DNA of 63,633 bases, the filler included, from Octopus bimaculoides (taxonomy: Eukaryota), in assembly GCF_001194135.2 (NCBI RefSeq). It is 7 parts of 6 records of this genome, joined end to end, with 100 filler letters (N's around TTAATTAATTAA, not from the genome) between each part and the next. Parts side by side here need not be neighbours in the genome. Positions count along the whole stretch, not along the records: positions 39,193 to 50,459 come from NC_069002.1; positions 50,560 to 59,246 come from NC_068992.1; positions 59,347 to 62,143 come from NW_026400156.1; positions 62,244 to 63,633 come from NC_068984.1; 3 more parts are not named here. One strand, written 5' to 3'. This document shows, piece after piece, positions 49,488 to 63,290 of the stretch. The notes below the pieces were generated by a model that ran no database searches, was not told the origin of the DNA, and saw only the letters and a list, made by a program, of their open reading frames with translations. Within the stretch, counting starts at the first letter, position 1; every line of letters begins with the position of its first letter. The position numbers were made by a program, and so were the translations under genes.

Positions 49488-49830
49488 GGTGCAGGTGTGG
49501 CCGTGTGGTAAGAAACTTCCCAACCACATGGTCTCGGGTTCAGTCTCACTGCGTGGCACCTTGGACAAGTGTCTTCTACTGTAGCCCCGGGCCGACCAAA
49601 GCCTTGTGAGTGGATTTGGTAAACGGAAACTGAAAGAAGCCCGTCGTATATGTATGTATATGTGTATATATATGGGTGTGTGAGTGTCTGTGTTTGTACT
49701 CACGCCATCGCTTGACAACCGATGCTGATGTGTTTGTGCCCCCGTAAGATAGCGGTTCGGCAAAATAGACTGATAGAATAAGTTCTAGGCTTACAAAGAA
49801 TAGATCCAGGGGTCAATTTTTTCCTACCAA
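49488..49830 (+). mobile_element. Family-B SINE, inverted relative to 48782-49000
   Basis: ggtgcaggtgtggccgtgtggtaag...ggaaactgaaagaagcccgtcg. Confidence 0.85.
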
Positions 49831-49999
49831 AAGGGGTTTTTAACCCAATATATACACACTGTTATTTATAGCTTATTGTGTAGGCACGTGGCCTGGTGGT
49901 TTGTGTGTTGCACTCATTATCGCTCGATCATTGGTTCAATTTCTTGAGCAAAATACTTCATGTCATGTTTCTCTGCAATCATTTCTTATTATTCCACAG

Positions 50000-50092
50000 A
50001 CTCATACGATGCATTAGTCATTTCTGGAGGCATGGGAGAAGGGCATATACCAGCAGATGCAGTTCCTAAAATGATCGATGTGGTGAAGAAAG
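50000..50092 (+). CDS. Internal exon of a METTL27-like class I SAM-dependent methyltransferase
   Basis: Acceptor ttattccacag|. (D)SYDALVISGGMGEGHIPADAVPKMIDVVKK(G). Donor ag|gtaact; 93 nt, phase 1-1. Resembles the YDAVV.sGG..egHip...l.em.r.vkpGG segment of this family. Confidence 0.7.
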
Positions 50093-50621
50093 GTAACTAA
50101 TTTTATCTTGAAATTTACTCCGGAATGCATAAAATGTTTGTTGTCAATGTTGGTTTCTCATCCTCGTGTGAGCTGACCCACAATGTAAGGCACTCCAACT
50201 ATGTTGGCCATCTCAAATTACTTCCGTTGTATATCGAGTATTATATTATCAAAAGTACCCTTTTCAATACCCGGCCAGAATGATAAACAGACAGATAGTA
50301 ACTTGAGAGTGATTTTAGCGTCTGTTTTTAGTATGTCGAATGACTACATAAATCCACTCTTGTTGGCTTGTATATGAAATGAACATCTCTAAAGAGCGTC
50401 TATGGTTATTATCGAACACTTAAACTCTGCGTTCTGCGTTTATGTCTTAAGTATAAATANNNNNNNNNNNNNNNNNNNNNNNNNNNNNNNNNNNNNNNNN
50501 NNNTTAATTAATTAANNNNNNNNNNNNNNNNNNNNNNNNNNNNNNNNNNNNNNNNNNNNATATATATATATATACATATACCTACATATATATATACATA
50601 TATACATACATTATACATACA

Positions 50622-50890
50622 TACGTGGTCTGATCTATAAGTGTCTGGACTATTGCCATAGCGACAAAGCTAAAGCACGCAGAATGAAAGCGCTTGGTAC
50701 AAATTGACCTTAGTCTCTGATTTGCATGTGCATTAAGTTTTACATTTGTAGCTCACTTCCACTCTTTACAGCAGCGCTTAGAAGGAAGGTGTGTAGCGTG
50801 TTATCGTCGCATTGACCATGCGTGACAGAGAAAGTTGAGCTGAAAATCTGCATCAAATTTTGCCAAAGATTTGGCGACAGATGCCTACGC
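50622..50890 (+). mobile_element. mariner 5' end (TIR and start of transposase)
   Basis: ta|cgtggtctgatctataagt TIR-like end, followed by TEKVELKICIKFC. Confidence 0.65.
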
Positions 50891-51652
50891 AAAGTCTTCA
50901 AAAGTTACAGTCGTTCTCGACACAATGAAAGAAATCGCGTGCAACTGAAACCCGAGTGTCTCTTTGGTCAACGACCAAGAGGAATATACGTTTCCCAGAA
51001 TATAGTTCTCATATTTATTTACAATATTTATTATTGACTGTTTTCATTGTTTAAATTAATAAATGATTTTTTTCGCAGCGAAAGCTTCACACAACGTACA
51101 ATAAATTGGAGCTTTAACTCGTTTTAGTTGAAAATTCAGCCATTGTACTTGCAATATTTTCTTATTTTTTCATCCCCCGTACGTATTTTGAACTATTCCG
51201 AAGAGTAGAATTTCATGACTTGAAGTATGTTGTAAGAGTTAAAACTTTGAGTTGATTGTTACCAGATTTCAAGTCATTTGGTAATATGTTCTCAGAGAGG
51301 AATCTTTGGTAAAACTTATGTAAACTTCAAACGGAACAGCAATCTCTTCTCTACTGCTACAAATATCAGTGCAATAAAGAGATTTTCTCTTTGAGAAAGA
51401 TATCGTCTTTCTACCATAGCTTTGGGTGACATGAAATCAAACGTGTTTTTTTTAATACCTTTCTATTTAAATCTGCAGAGCTCTAGGCATACGTACGTCA
51501 TACTGTATCTATTCAAAAGGTAGGACGTATAACATGCATATGTTCCTTATTTCAAATATTTTCAACAACTTTTTCTTTTCGTGGCTAGTCATTTCCTTTC
51601 TTGTCGAATGTCTAAGAGCATCATAAATACATACATACATACATACCTACAT

Positions 51653-51685
<33 letters not shown>

Positions 51686-53030
51686 CATATATATATATAC
51701 ATTAACTATTGTTGCTTTTGCTGCTATTTTCCTTCCCTTTATAATTTTGTGTAATATATTATGACTGACGGGTTATTTTCGACAGATAGTGTATGTATGT
51801 ATGTATACACACACGCACATCATACACAAGCACGCTTGCATACATAATATAAATTTAATGACATTACATGAAAGATTTATATACATATGTGTGTATACGT
51901 ATGTGTGTGTGAATGTGCGTAGATGAGTACATACATATGTGTGTGTTTTTATGTGTGTGTGTGTCTGTGTGTGNNNNNNNNNNNNNNNNNNNNNNNNNNN
52001 NNNNNNNNNNNNNNNNNNNNNNNNNNNNNNNNNNNNNNNNNNNNNNNNNNNNNNNNNNNNNNNNNNNNNNNNNNNNNNNNNNNNNNNNNNNNNNNNNNNN
52101 NNNNNNNNNNNNNNNNNNNNNNNNNNNNNNNNNNNNNNNNNNNNNNNNNNNNNNNNNNNNNNNNNNNNNNNNNNNNNNNNNNNNNNNNNNNNNNNNNNNN
52201 NNNNNNNNNNNNNNNNNNNNATATATATATATATATATATATATATATACGCACACACACGTGTTCCATGAAAAAGAGAGTTTTACTCATATATATTTGT
52301 GTATGAATGAATACCTGCGTGAGTATGTACTTGCGCACGTGTATGCTCATGTTTATGTTTATGTGTTTACAAGTCTATTCTTTTTCCATGTTATCCTAAG
52401 AGACGTGAATATTATAGGAAATAGAAGTGAAGTTCTTTTCACAACCTTCTTGCCTATAGATCTGGAAATATTGTTGGTTTCTTCCATCGATATTTCTGAG
52501 AAGGCGGTTTATGACATAAAGTTATTTATCAAATATCGCTGCTTTCATATATTGTATTTTTATATCGAGAATCTCATGTCGAACTACCGTTCGAAGTGCC
52601 AATAGTTCATACGGTGTTACCGTTTCTGAGGTTTACACATAACATGTATAGTTTAAAGTTAAACAGCATTTGGACAGATCGTTAACGTATTTCCTGAAGG
52701 AAACACAACAGTTTTACTGTTTATTTATTATTTTACTGCACTATGTAGATCGGTGTGTTCGATAGATACAATATGAGATAACAGTTTTGACCATGGATAC
52801 ATGTCTGTTACTGAGAGGATTTGAAACGTTATATCATCGGATTTTTCTGTTCCATCGACTCACAATCGAGGAAATATCTCTTTTCTTCAACGGTTGATTT
52901 TTGCTTCGTATGGTGTCATATAGACAAAAGGTTATGTGTTTATCTAGTAAGATGTTTATATTTACAGTAACCTGATGATGGCCTTCAGCCAAATTTATTG
53001 TCGATTTCAGACTGCTTATTTCACTTCTTC

Positions 53031-53480
53031 GTGGAGGCGCAATGGCCCAGTGGTTAAGGCAGCGGACTCGCGGTCATAGGATCGCGGTTTCGATACCCAG
53101 ACCGCATGTTGTGAGTGATTAGTGAGTGAAAACACCTAAACCTCCACGAGGCTCCGGCAGGGGATGGTGGCGAACCCTGCTGTACTCTTTCACCACAACT
53201 TTCTCTCACTCTTACTTCNNNNNNNNNNGGTGGCGAACCCTGCTGTACTCTTTCACCACAACTTTCTCTCACTCTTACTTCCTGTTTCTGTTGTGCCTGC
53301 AATTCAAATGGTCAGCCTTGTCAGGCTGTGTCACGCTGAATATCCCCAACAATTTCTTTAAGGGTACACGTGTCTCTCGAGTGCTCAGCCACTTGCACGT
53401 TAATTTCACGAGAAGGCTGTTCCGTTGATCGGATCAACTGGAACCCTCGGCGTCGTAAGCGACGGAGTGCCAACAGCAAT
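53031..53480 (+). mobile_element. Family-A SINE, full length
   Basis: gtggaggcgcaatggcccagtggttaaggcagcggactcgcgg ... cgtaagcgacggagtgccaacagcaatac. Confidence 0.88.
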
Positions 53481-54639
53481 ACAATTTCACTTCTTCATGA
53501 TATATATAATTTAAGAAATTTTTGCTATTATTTCTTCAAATACATCAAGCAACCTCTCTATTTGCGGTAGCGATACACTTTGTTATCCTTGAACTTTGTT
53601 TATTTCAAAGTATGATATAAAATTAGTACTTAATAATGCAGAAATGAAGGACATACCTAAATATTAAATTTGGTTAAAATATTCCTGTAATATTTCTGGA
53701 AACCAGATGTCTTAGTGTCTGTATTTCAACGCATATTACTCAGAAAGAAGCCGAAATTATATTTTGAATTACAAACTTCTGTCTTAACATAGGAAAAAGA
53801 AAAATAGCAGGGAAGTCCCGAATACAATAATTTCTTAAGTAAAGAGAAATGGATGACGAATCTGATTTCAGGCCTGATTAACATCAGCATCAATAACAAC
53901 AAGACAATTGCTTTATGACGAATTTTCATTTCTTTATACTACGTATTCCTGCCGTATTTTCATTGCAGTACAATCACTTCTTTCAAGGTGGAAACGCATA
54001 TATTTTATAGTCAATATTCGATGTTTCTTTGATACATTTATGGTTGAGAAGTGAGGTTATAATTACAAATATCAATACAAATTACTGACTCACTGTTAAC
54101 CGGTTGGGACTATATATCAATTACTTCGTATGTCAATACATCTATGAGGAAACCTGCTCAGCCCAAGCTACAGTTTAAGAATGTGTCATGTATATTCCGC
54201 AGATATAGATTTAAACTAATTACAAGTCTGCAACGGAGACTCTAGGTGATTGTAAGAGCTGCTACAAATATGGAACAGTTCTCTTTTAAGTAACAGAGTT
54301 TAATCTTCAAAAGAAAAGACACATTGATTGGATATTCCGGGTAAACTAAGCGTAGAAAAAGGTACGAGTCATCGTCTCAGTTGGAATATATTTTAATCAT
54401 AAGACTGCTTAATCACGGCCGAACTGATGCTAACAAACAACGACAAAAAGTAAAATACAACACCTAGGCTAATGAATTGCAATTATGAGCAATTCTCTCC
54501 AATTAGCAATATTCTGTTTTTAAAAAGCTGTCGAGACTACAACAAGCAGCAACTTTATCAATTTGAACAGTACCAAGGTGATCGTAGCAACGCATACACA
54601 CGTATATATACACATATCTGTACGAGTATATACACATGC

Positions 54640-54920
54640 GTGGAGGCGCAACGGCCCAGTGGTTAGGGAAGCAGACTCACGGTCGGAGGATCGCGGTTTC
54701 GATTCCCAGACCGGGCGCTGTGTATGTTTATTGAGCGAAAACACCTAAAGCTCCAAGAGGCTCCAGCAAGGGTTGTACTCTTTCGCCCCAACTTTCTCTC
54801 ACTCTTTCTTCCTGTTTCTTGAATAACGCTGCGATGGACTGGCGTCCTGTCCAACTGGGGCGGGGGAACGAATACGCCATAGAAACCGGGAAACCTGGCC
54901 CATGAGCCTGGCTAGGCTTT
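54640..54920 (+). mobile_element. Family-A-headed SINE with a different 3' part
   Basis: Same tRNA head, then cttgaataacgctgcgatggactggcgtcctgtcc. Confidence 0.7.
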
Positions 54921-55370
54921 TAAAGGGCGAGAGGATATATTTATGCATTTAAATTAACAGTATTTGGTGATGAGCAGAATGATGAAAGAACTATATGGTA
55001 TTGTTTAATCAAATGGAGTGATATTCTTATTCCTGCTACTATTTCCACACTACTTTTACAACTACTATATTAACAACAACAACAACAACGATTATAAAAT
55101 TTCAAATTATGGCTCAGGGCCGGCAGTTTTTTGGGGTTTTTTTTTTCAGGAAAGGAGGAAGTCCGTTACATAGACCTCAATGCTTGACGCGTATTTATTT
55201 TAACATAAGCGTGAAAACCAACGTGGTTCCCGGTGGAATTTGAGCCCACAACGTAAAGACAGACGAAATGCTGCAAAGCATCTTTTTTCATCATGCCAAC
55301 GATTCTGCTAGTTTGCCGCCTTAAAAATAACAATAACAGTGATGATGATGATGATGGTGATAATAATAGA

Positions 55371-55438
<68 letters not shown>

Positions 55439-55873
55439 TAATAATAATGTTTTTACAAACACCAGGAACTATTATAGTTCACAATGTCTTGTCACTTTGT
55501 TAGCAACCGGCTTGAGCTCTATTGAGAACATAAATAAAACTCAAGCAAAAATCATAAATGATATAGACCTTACAGATACTGTATTTGTCCCATCTTTGTT
55601 GAGCCCTGTGTGGCTAATAAAAGAAATGTATCTATCTTACCGTGATCTTTTCCGTAGTCTTTTCTTTCCACGGCTAAACCTAAACTGTCCTCCCCTTTTT
55701 ACACGAGAACGTTACTGTGATACACGATCCCTATTGATCGCTATTTTTTTCTCGATCCCTTTTGATCGAACTCCCCCCTTTTCCTTCCTACGATCCCTTT
55801 TGATCGACCCCCCCNNNNNNNNNNNNTTTTTTCCCTTCCCCTTCTCAGCCCTGCGTGGATAATAAAAGAAATG

Positions 55874-55946
<73 letters not shown>

Positions 55947-56023
55947 ATCTATCTCTGTAACTATCTATCTATCCAACTATCTATTTATTTACCTATCTCT
56001 CTCTCCCTCTCTCCCTCTCTCCC

Positions 56024-56060
<37 letters not shown>

Positions 56061-56129
56061 NNNNNNNNNNNNNNNNNNNNNNNNNNNNNNNNNNNNNNNN
56101 NNNNNCTCCCTCTCTCCCTCTCTCTCCCA

Positions 56130-56161
<32 letters not shown>

Positions 56162-56746
56162 TGTGGTGCGAGTCACGACACACCTGGCGAAAATAGACTG
56201 ACCAAACGACTATAAAGAGTAGCGTTCTGTGTGAGATAAAGAGAGGATATGCATTAATCGCATGAATTCGTAAGGTGTCGTTTTGGTAGTTAGTCGGAAT
56301 ATCGTTTGTGTATAGTCCGTGTCAAGTTTGTTAGATTGTTACGTTGTTGTTACCCTACTTCGCAATATGTTTTATTGTTACCACATGGTTACAGTGTAAA
56401 TGGTGAATGGCGCGTACTACTTGATCACTGTTAATAGCTTTAACAAATGGCTGGAAGTATGTTGTTGCGGTAAAGTAACCTCGAAAGTAACCATGGATAG
56501 TAGCTGTCTGAGTGAGATAGGCATTAGTCGCAGGAAGTCGTATGATGTCTTTTTGGCAGTTTGTCGGAATATCGTCTCTTGTTTGTTGATAAGTGTATAG
56601 TTTGTGTGTCATGAATTGTTACGCTGATGCTACCCTGCATTGGTATATATTTTATTGTTGCTGCACGGTTATAGTGTAAAAGATCGTCATAACAATTGGT
56701 GATACAACAATATCCATCCATCTATCTATCTATCTATCTATCTATA

Positions 56747-56795
<49 letters not shown>

Positions 56796-56832
56796 GTCTG
56801 TCTGTCTGCCTGTCTGTCTGTCTGTCTGTCTA

Positions 56833-56864
<32 letters not shown>

Positions 56865-57759
56865 TCTATCTATGTATCTATCTATCTATATTCAGTATAT
56901 ATTACGTACATTTTACACAGACACACATATAAGTTCATATATGAATGAATGTATAAGTGTTTGTGTGTGTGTGTATGTGTGTAAGCGTGTGTATTAACGT
57001 CAGTTTATCTAATATTAATAGCAAAACGATTTCATGAGTTGATTAATAAACTCATATTTCTAATAAATGTCATATATAACTGTTATTGACATGCTAAGAC
57101 TAATATTAAAAGGGATAACATAAATAAAACAATTACATTATTAATGCGATTTTGAATCTCAATTTAACATTAAGCAATTACTGTTTAATTTCCTGTTAAC
57201 TTTTCCAATCACAATATTCTCATTGAATCAATGAAAATGAACAGATATTTCTGAAATTTTCAGATCCTTGAGATCAAAGACCTGTTAATGACAAGAGAAA
57301 ATAAAAATGCACAAGATTAGGACGAGGCAATGATGGGGAATACACAGTCACTAATTCTTTTAAATACAGCAACTAGACAAATTCTATAGTCTTTGGTAGT
57401 ATTGCATACAATGATTTGGAGCTAAAAAAATCGAATGTATTACGGAATGAGCAAGATTAGGTCAATTTCAATCAGGCAACGTGTAACATTTCTGATTTCG
57501 ATGTTAATTTACAGTTAAAAAAAGAAAAAAATATCAACGTATAACAACAACAGAGGTGATCTTGACAACACATTTATTATCATTTAACTAATATAATGCC
57601 ATTTGTGAATTGTGGATTAAATAACCCAGGACATTCACATAAAGTAAAGCAGGTCAGGTGAAATGTATGGCTATAGTATCCAGGAAAATGTATTTATGCA
57701 CACACGCACACACCTATACACACGTATATTGCACGAAAGTCATTTTTACGCGATGTTTC

Positions 57760-57990
57760 TTGTGTCATTTTTGGTAGTTCGATTCAAGTTTTGCTTATTG
57801 CTTTTGAAATTTGAATAAAGTTTACCACTTTCCAGACATAGAACGATGGAGTGCCAAGCTGATCACTTTCGACGTCTGTTTCTCTTTGCTTTCAATCAAA
57901 ATACCAAACCTACTAAAGCCGCATGCGATCTTTGCAAGTAGCGAACAAAAGTGGGTTTTACGCTTCAAAATTCGAATTCACAAATTCTCT
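57760..57990 (+). pseudogene. Decayed mariner N-terminal fragment
   Basis: HFRRLFLFAFNQNTKPTKAACDLC...WVLRFK. Confidence 0.45.
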
Positions 57991-58274
57991 GTGTTTCGGA
58001 TGACCCGTTCATTTCAAGATGGGACGATTAAAGGAACTCATGCACAAGGGGCCGTGCCATTCTAATCGTGAATTTGACCAGCAGAGGAGATACTCTCATG
58101 ATACTGTCACCTACCATCTTCATTCTGTGACAGAGCTCCAAAGACACAGCAATCCGAAGCGACCCGACATCCGGCAAGACTCATTTCTTCAACACGACAT
58201 CACTTACCAGCATATATACATACATACATGCATACATACATATAAAACAAACCTCACCCAGCTATTCTGATTAT

Positions 58275-58530
58275 ATGTATGTGCACACGTTTGAATGTGG
58301 TGTGTGCCAGAGGGTTTGCAAATCCAATGGGGGTCTTAAAAGACATGTTAGGATCCACAATGAGCAGAACTTACTTGCAGGTATTGGTAGTGCAAATCAG
58401 AGGTGCAATCTGTGTGGGTGTTTTTTCAAAACACTGTCTGGTTTAAAAAGCCACATCAGACGCCATGAAAGGGCTAAGATGTAGGTGCAGGAGGTGGTCA
58501 AACTCTGTTTAAGGAGTAGACAACCACCAT
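58275..58530 (+). mobile_element. Two C2H2 zinc fingers, probably the 3' end of a LINE ORF2
   Basis: CGVCQRVCKSNGGLKRHVRIH and CNLCGCFFKTLSGLKSHIRRH; no TGEKP linker; followed by a short UTR and a (tatg)n tail. Confidence 0.5.
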
Positions 58531-59166
58531 ATGTATGTATGTATATATCTATGTATATCCGGTTATTGTTTTATATGTTTCAGCCTTGAGGCTGTCGCCA
58601 TGCTGGAGCACCGCTAGTGAGCAGGTTGCAGGTAGCAAAAGCTATAAACCAACCATTGTATTAGTATCGTGAATTCAGACTTATGGATTCCTAGTAACAA
58701 TTCTTCAAAACTTAAATCGATAGGGAGAGGAAGTTATTTCCATGTTGAGAAACCACCGAGTAAATTTCAAAACTTTGTTATTGATAAAAGTTAAATAGTT
58801 ATTGATTGAGACACGTACTTATAGAAATATAAAACGTATCAGAAATGGACAGAATCCTGTTCAATTCCGACAAAACGTGTTCTGAACATTCGTGTATGGC
58901 ATGAACTTTTTCTGTTCCTGTTGTGCTAAGAGCTATCTAAAACTTTGTAGATGTTAATGCATGCATATACAGATGCCTGGTCATAAATTCACATATACTC
59001 ATATCTGAGAACACACATACACGCACATATACACACGCACACATACACACACACATACGTATATATTCTAAAATATGCAAACGTATATATATCTATATGT
59101 CTATCATCTGGAAATATACATATGTACGTACATATATATACATGCCTATATACATACATACATACC

Positions 59167-59244
<78 letters not shown>

Positions 59245-61140
59245 CANNNNNNNNNNNNNNNNNNNNNNNNNNNNNNNNNNNNNNNNNNNNTTAATTAATT
59301 AANNNNNNNNNNNNNNNNNNNNNNNNNNNNNNNNNNNNNNNNNNNNCTCCAGCATGGCCATAGTCAAATGACTGAAACAAGTAAAAGTGTAAAAGAGTAA
59401 TCATATGCTGTATGGTGAATTCTCTGATTATCATGAAACGATTTTCTCCGCAATCTATAAAATAACACAACATTGTAACTGTACCTGAATGACATGCCAG
59501 CAATGTTTACTATACTGGAGTTCTCAAGGACCTGTTCTTATTCAATATATAAACTCTGTTTTGCGAATGAAAAATAAAAGAAAGAATCCGTTTTTCATAA
59601 CAAGACAAATGCATGATATATCTCATATAATGTAATTGTTTTGTTAGATAATTAACTTTATTAGATTTATTATAAATATCATTACAGAGAAACGATATCC
59701 AAGCAAATTCGTGGATTCATAGAGTTTAGCTTTATGAACAAAGGATAGAATAATCTTAGAAAAGTTACATTCGCACTCGCATACTTGTATGCATGTATGT
59801 ATGTATGTACGTACAAAATGTTGTATTAGTGTATACATGTGTATAAGTATTGTATATATGTGTATAATGATTTTCTGCCCTATGAATAGATGCTTAAGAA
59901 TCACTAATACGTAACCATGTATGTATTTACGTACGTATGCATGTATGAATGTGTGAAGATGTGTATGCATGTGTATGTATGCGTATGTTGGCATGTATAT
60001 ACCTATATATATATATGTGTGTGTATTTCTATGAATGCATTTATGCATGTAGGTAATTGTGTGAAAGGAGAAACACACGTATGTATGTCTGTATGTACAT
60101 AAGTGCTTGTGTGTGAATACATATATGTATGTGTGTGTGTGTGCGTGGGGCTGTTTGTTCATGTATGAATTTGCGCATGTCTGTATGCGTATATGTATGT
60201 CTATGAATGCACATATGTATTAATATATTACTGTGAATGTAAGTACGTATATAACTAATTGTGTGAAAATACGTACGCATTTGTATGTGTATGCGTGCAT
60301 ATAATTATCTACATGATTGTGAAATAAGTACGTATGTATGAATTTATGCATGTTGGTATATATGTGAGTCTGTGTGTATGTATTTATGTATTTATGCATT
60401 TTATGAACGTGAGTATGTATGTATGAAAGTATATATGTACGCATCTATGCAACAACAATATAATGTATATAAATTTGTGCGACTGTGTGTGTATGTGTAT
60501 GTGAATGTGTGTGTGCATGTATGTATACATGTATATATATACATATATATATATATANNNNNNNNNNNNNNNNNNNNNNNNNNNNNNNNNNNNNNNNNNN
60601 NNNNNNNNNNNNNNNNNNNNNNNNNNNNNNNNNNNNNNNNNNNNNNNNNNNNNNNNNNNNNNNNNNNNNNNNNNNNNNNNNNNNNNNNNNNNNNNNNNNN
60701 NNNNNNNNNNNNNNNNNNNNNNNNNNNNNNNNNNNNNNNNNNNNNNNNNNNNNNNNNNNNNNNNNNNNNNNNNNNNNNNNNNNNNNNNNNNNNNNNNNNN
60801 NNNNNNNNNNNNNNNNNNNNNNNNNNNNNNNNNNNNNNNNNNNNNNNNNNNNNNNNNNNNNNNNNNNNNNNNNNNNNNNNNNNNNNNNNNNNNNNNNNNN
60901 NNNNNNNNNNNNNNNNNNNNNNNNNNNNNNNNNNNNNNNNNNNNNNNNNNNNNNNNNNNNNNNNNNNNNNNNNNNNNNNNNNNNNNNNNNNNNNNNNNNN
61001 NNNNNNNNNNNNNNNNNNNNNNNNNNNNNNNNNNNNNNNNNNNNNNNNNNNNNNNNNNNNNNNNNNNNNNNNNNNNNNNNNNNNNNNNNNNNNNNNNNNN
61101 NNNNNNNNNNNNNNNNNNNNNNNNNNNNNNNNNNNNNNNN

Positions 61141-61193
<53 letters not shown>

Positions 61194-61759
61194 CGTATGT
61201 ACATCCATACATATATACATACACGTGTATACATGCACAGATATCTTAAACACATACATACATACAGGTGTTTCAATGAGAAAACTTATTAATTCAAAAC
61301 ACAGTTTGTATGCATATGTTTATTTGCTTGTGTGCATATGTGTGTGAATGTGTGAATATGTGTGTGAATACATATGTATACAAGTGTGTGTATGAGACAG
61401 TAAAAGAAACAAAGAAAGAAAGAAAGAAAGAACAAAAGCCAGAAAGAAAGAAAGGAAAGAAGAAAGAAAAGAAGAGAGAGAGAGAGAGGGTGTGGAGTTG
61501 TTTGCTATAATTATCAAATAAAATATATATTTTAAAGATACATGCCTGGATGCATGTGAGATATCAACGGAAGAATATTAATCAATTGCATGGGACATAT
61601 TACGGAGAAGAAGATAAAGGTTGTATTGGAAGCGGCGGTGGACTTGTCCATACACCCTCCCCCCTATCCCAGACCCACACATATACACACATCTCATTAT
61701 GTCCATCAGCACAAACACATACAGCATGACCACACAAACTACCAAACAACCGTATATAT

Positions 61760-61815
<56 letters not shown>

Positions 61816-61881
61816 ATATGTATATATGTATGTATATGTAGGCATATATATACATATATGTATGTATGTATNNNNNNNNNN

Positions 61882-61952
<71 letters not shown>

Positions 61953-62332
61953 GTTTATGTATATCGTAACATGCTGATAATGCATAACCATAAAAATAAT
62001 TTCTTTATATCACTATACATTCGCATACGTGTAGATATGCATAGAGCATGAGTGTCCGTGTTTGTGTGCGTGTGTGTGTTTGTGGGTTTGTATGCAAGTA
62101 GATATATCCATACACATACTCACAGACACACACACACACACACNNNNNNNNNNNNNNNNNNNNNNNNNNNNNNNNNNNNNNNNNNNNTTAATTAATTAAN
62201 NNNNNNNNNNNNNNNNNNNNNNNNNNNNNNNNNNNNNNNNNNNACCCATGTTTCTATCTTTCTCTCTTCCTCCTTATCAGTGCCCATGTATCAATGTATC
62301 TATGTCCATTTAATGATATGCATGCTTGTTTA

Positions 62333-62400
<68 letters not shown>

Positions 62401-62612
62401 TCCTTTATCTTTTCCCGGTTCAGCCCAGGGCTGAGGTCATGCTGGTGCACCACCTGAAGAAAACAACAAAGGGGAACGAAAGTGTGAAATTAGTATGACA
62501 TTTGTCGCTAATCAGCAGAAGATATATATTATACAAGAGAAAAAAGGATGCCCATCGTGGGACTGGAACCCACGACCCCGAGCTAGACGAGTGGAATATA
62601 TATGTATCTATA

Positions 62613-62660
<48 letters not shown>

Positions 62661-62697
62661 AACATATTTACATATATATGTATGTGTATATAGATAA

Positions 62698-62730
<33 letters not shown>

Positions 62731-62763
62731 TGTAAATAATATGTGACAATTATTCGGTAGCCA

Positions 62764-62828
62764 TATTAAAACTCCGAGTTTCGGATGTCGGGGCGGAAAC
62801 CCACGCCGCCATCTCTTCAGTTATCTGA
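62764..62828 (-). ncRNA. Candidate type I hammerhead-ribozyme-like motif
   Basis: Minus strand reads gataa-CTGAAGA-gatg...catc-c-GAAA-ctcggagt-t-ttaat, with a palindromic stem III. Confidence 0.45.
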
Positions 62829-62879
62829 CCATCGAAAAAGATATATATATTGTGTCATCTCATAAATAATGCGATATTT

Positions 62880-63290
62880 TTTATATTTCTTTTATTTTTC
62901 AAAATTAAGTTAAACAAAGTTCTTTTTCAATCTAAAATATACTCTTCTTCATTTTCTTCAATGCTCTTCCATACCGTTCCAGTACTTTTCTAACCTCGTC
63001 AACAGAATTCATATTTTTTCCATCCAAATGATTTTGAAAACTGCTGAATAAATGATAATCAGATGGCGCAATGTCCGGCGAATATGGTGGGTGGGGCATC
63101 GTTTCCCATTCAAACTGCCCCAGCCTTTTAAATGTTATCCTCAACACTATGTGGCCGAGCATTATCCTGATGGAAAAATAACTTTTGACTTGAAACCAAA
63201 GATGGTCGTTTTTTCTTCTTGCGCTGACTTAAGCCGGACGTTTTCTTTTTCTCTCTTATAGCTTTTCTCTTTTCAAAGAAAATATTTCTC
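62880..63290 (-). pseudogene. mariner transposase C-terminal fragment
   Basis: WETMPHPPYSPDIAPSDYHLFSSFQNHLDGK. Confidence 0.85.

Noticed and set aside
52965-53020. ctgatga-t-ggc...gcc-aaa hammerhead-like core
   Set aside because: It lacks the conserved G of GAAA, and stems I and III do not form.
53031-53110. tRNA-like sequences with A and B boxes
   Set aside because: They continue into shared SINE bodies and lack a complete cloverleaf, so they are SINE heads and not tRNA genes.
53165-53280. Direct duplication of about 53 bp around a 10-N gap
   Set aside because: This is the typical signature of unmerged overlapping contig ends.
16778-62243. TTAATTAATTAA repeated six times at regular-looking intervals
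   Set aside because: It is always centred in exactly 44 N on each side, so it is an assembly spacer and not a biological repeat or array.
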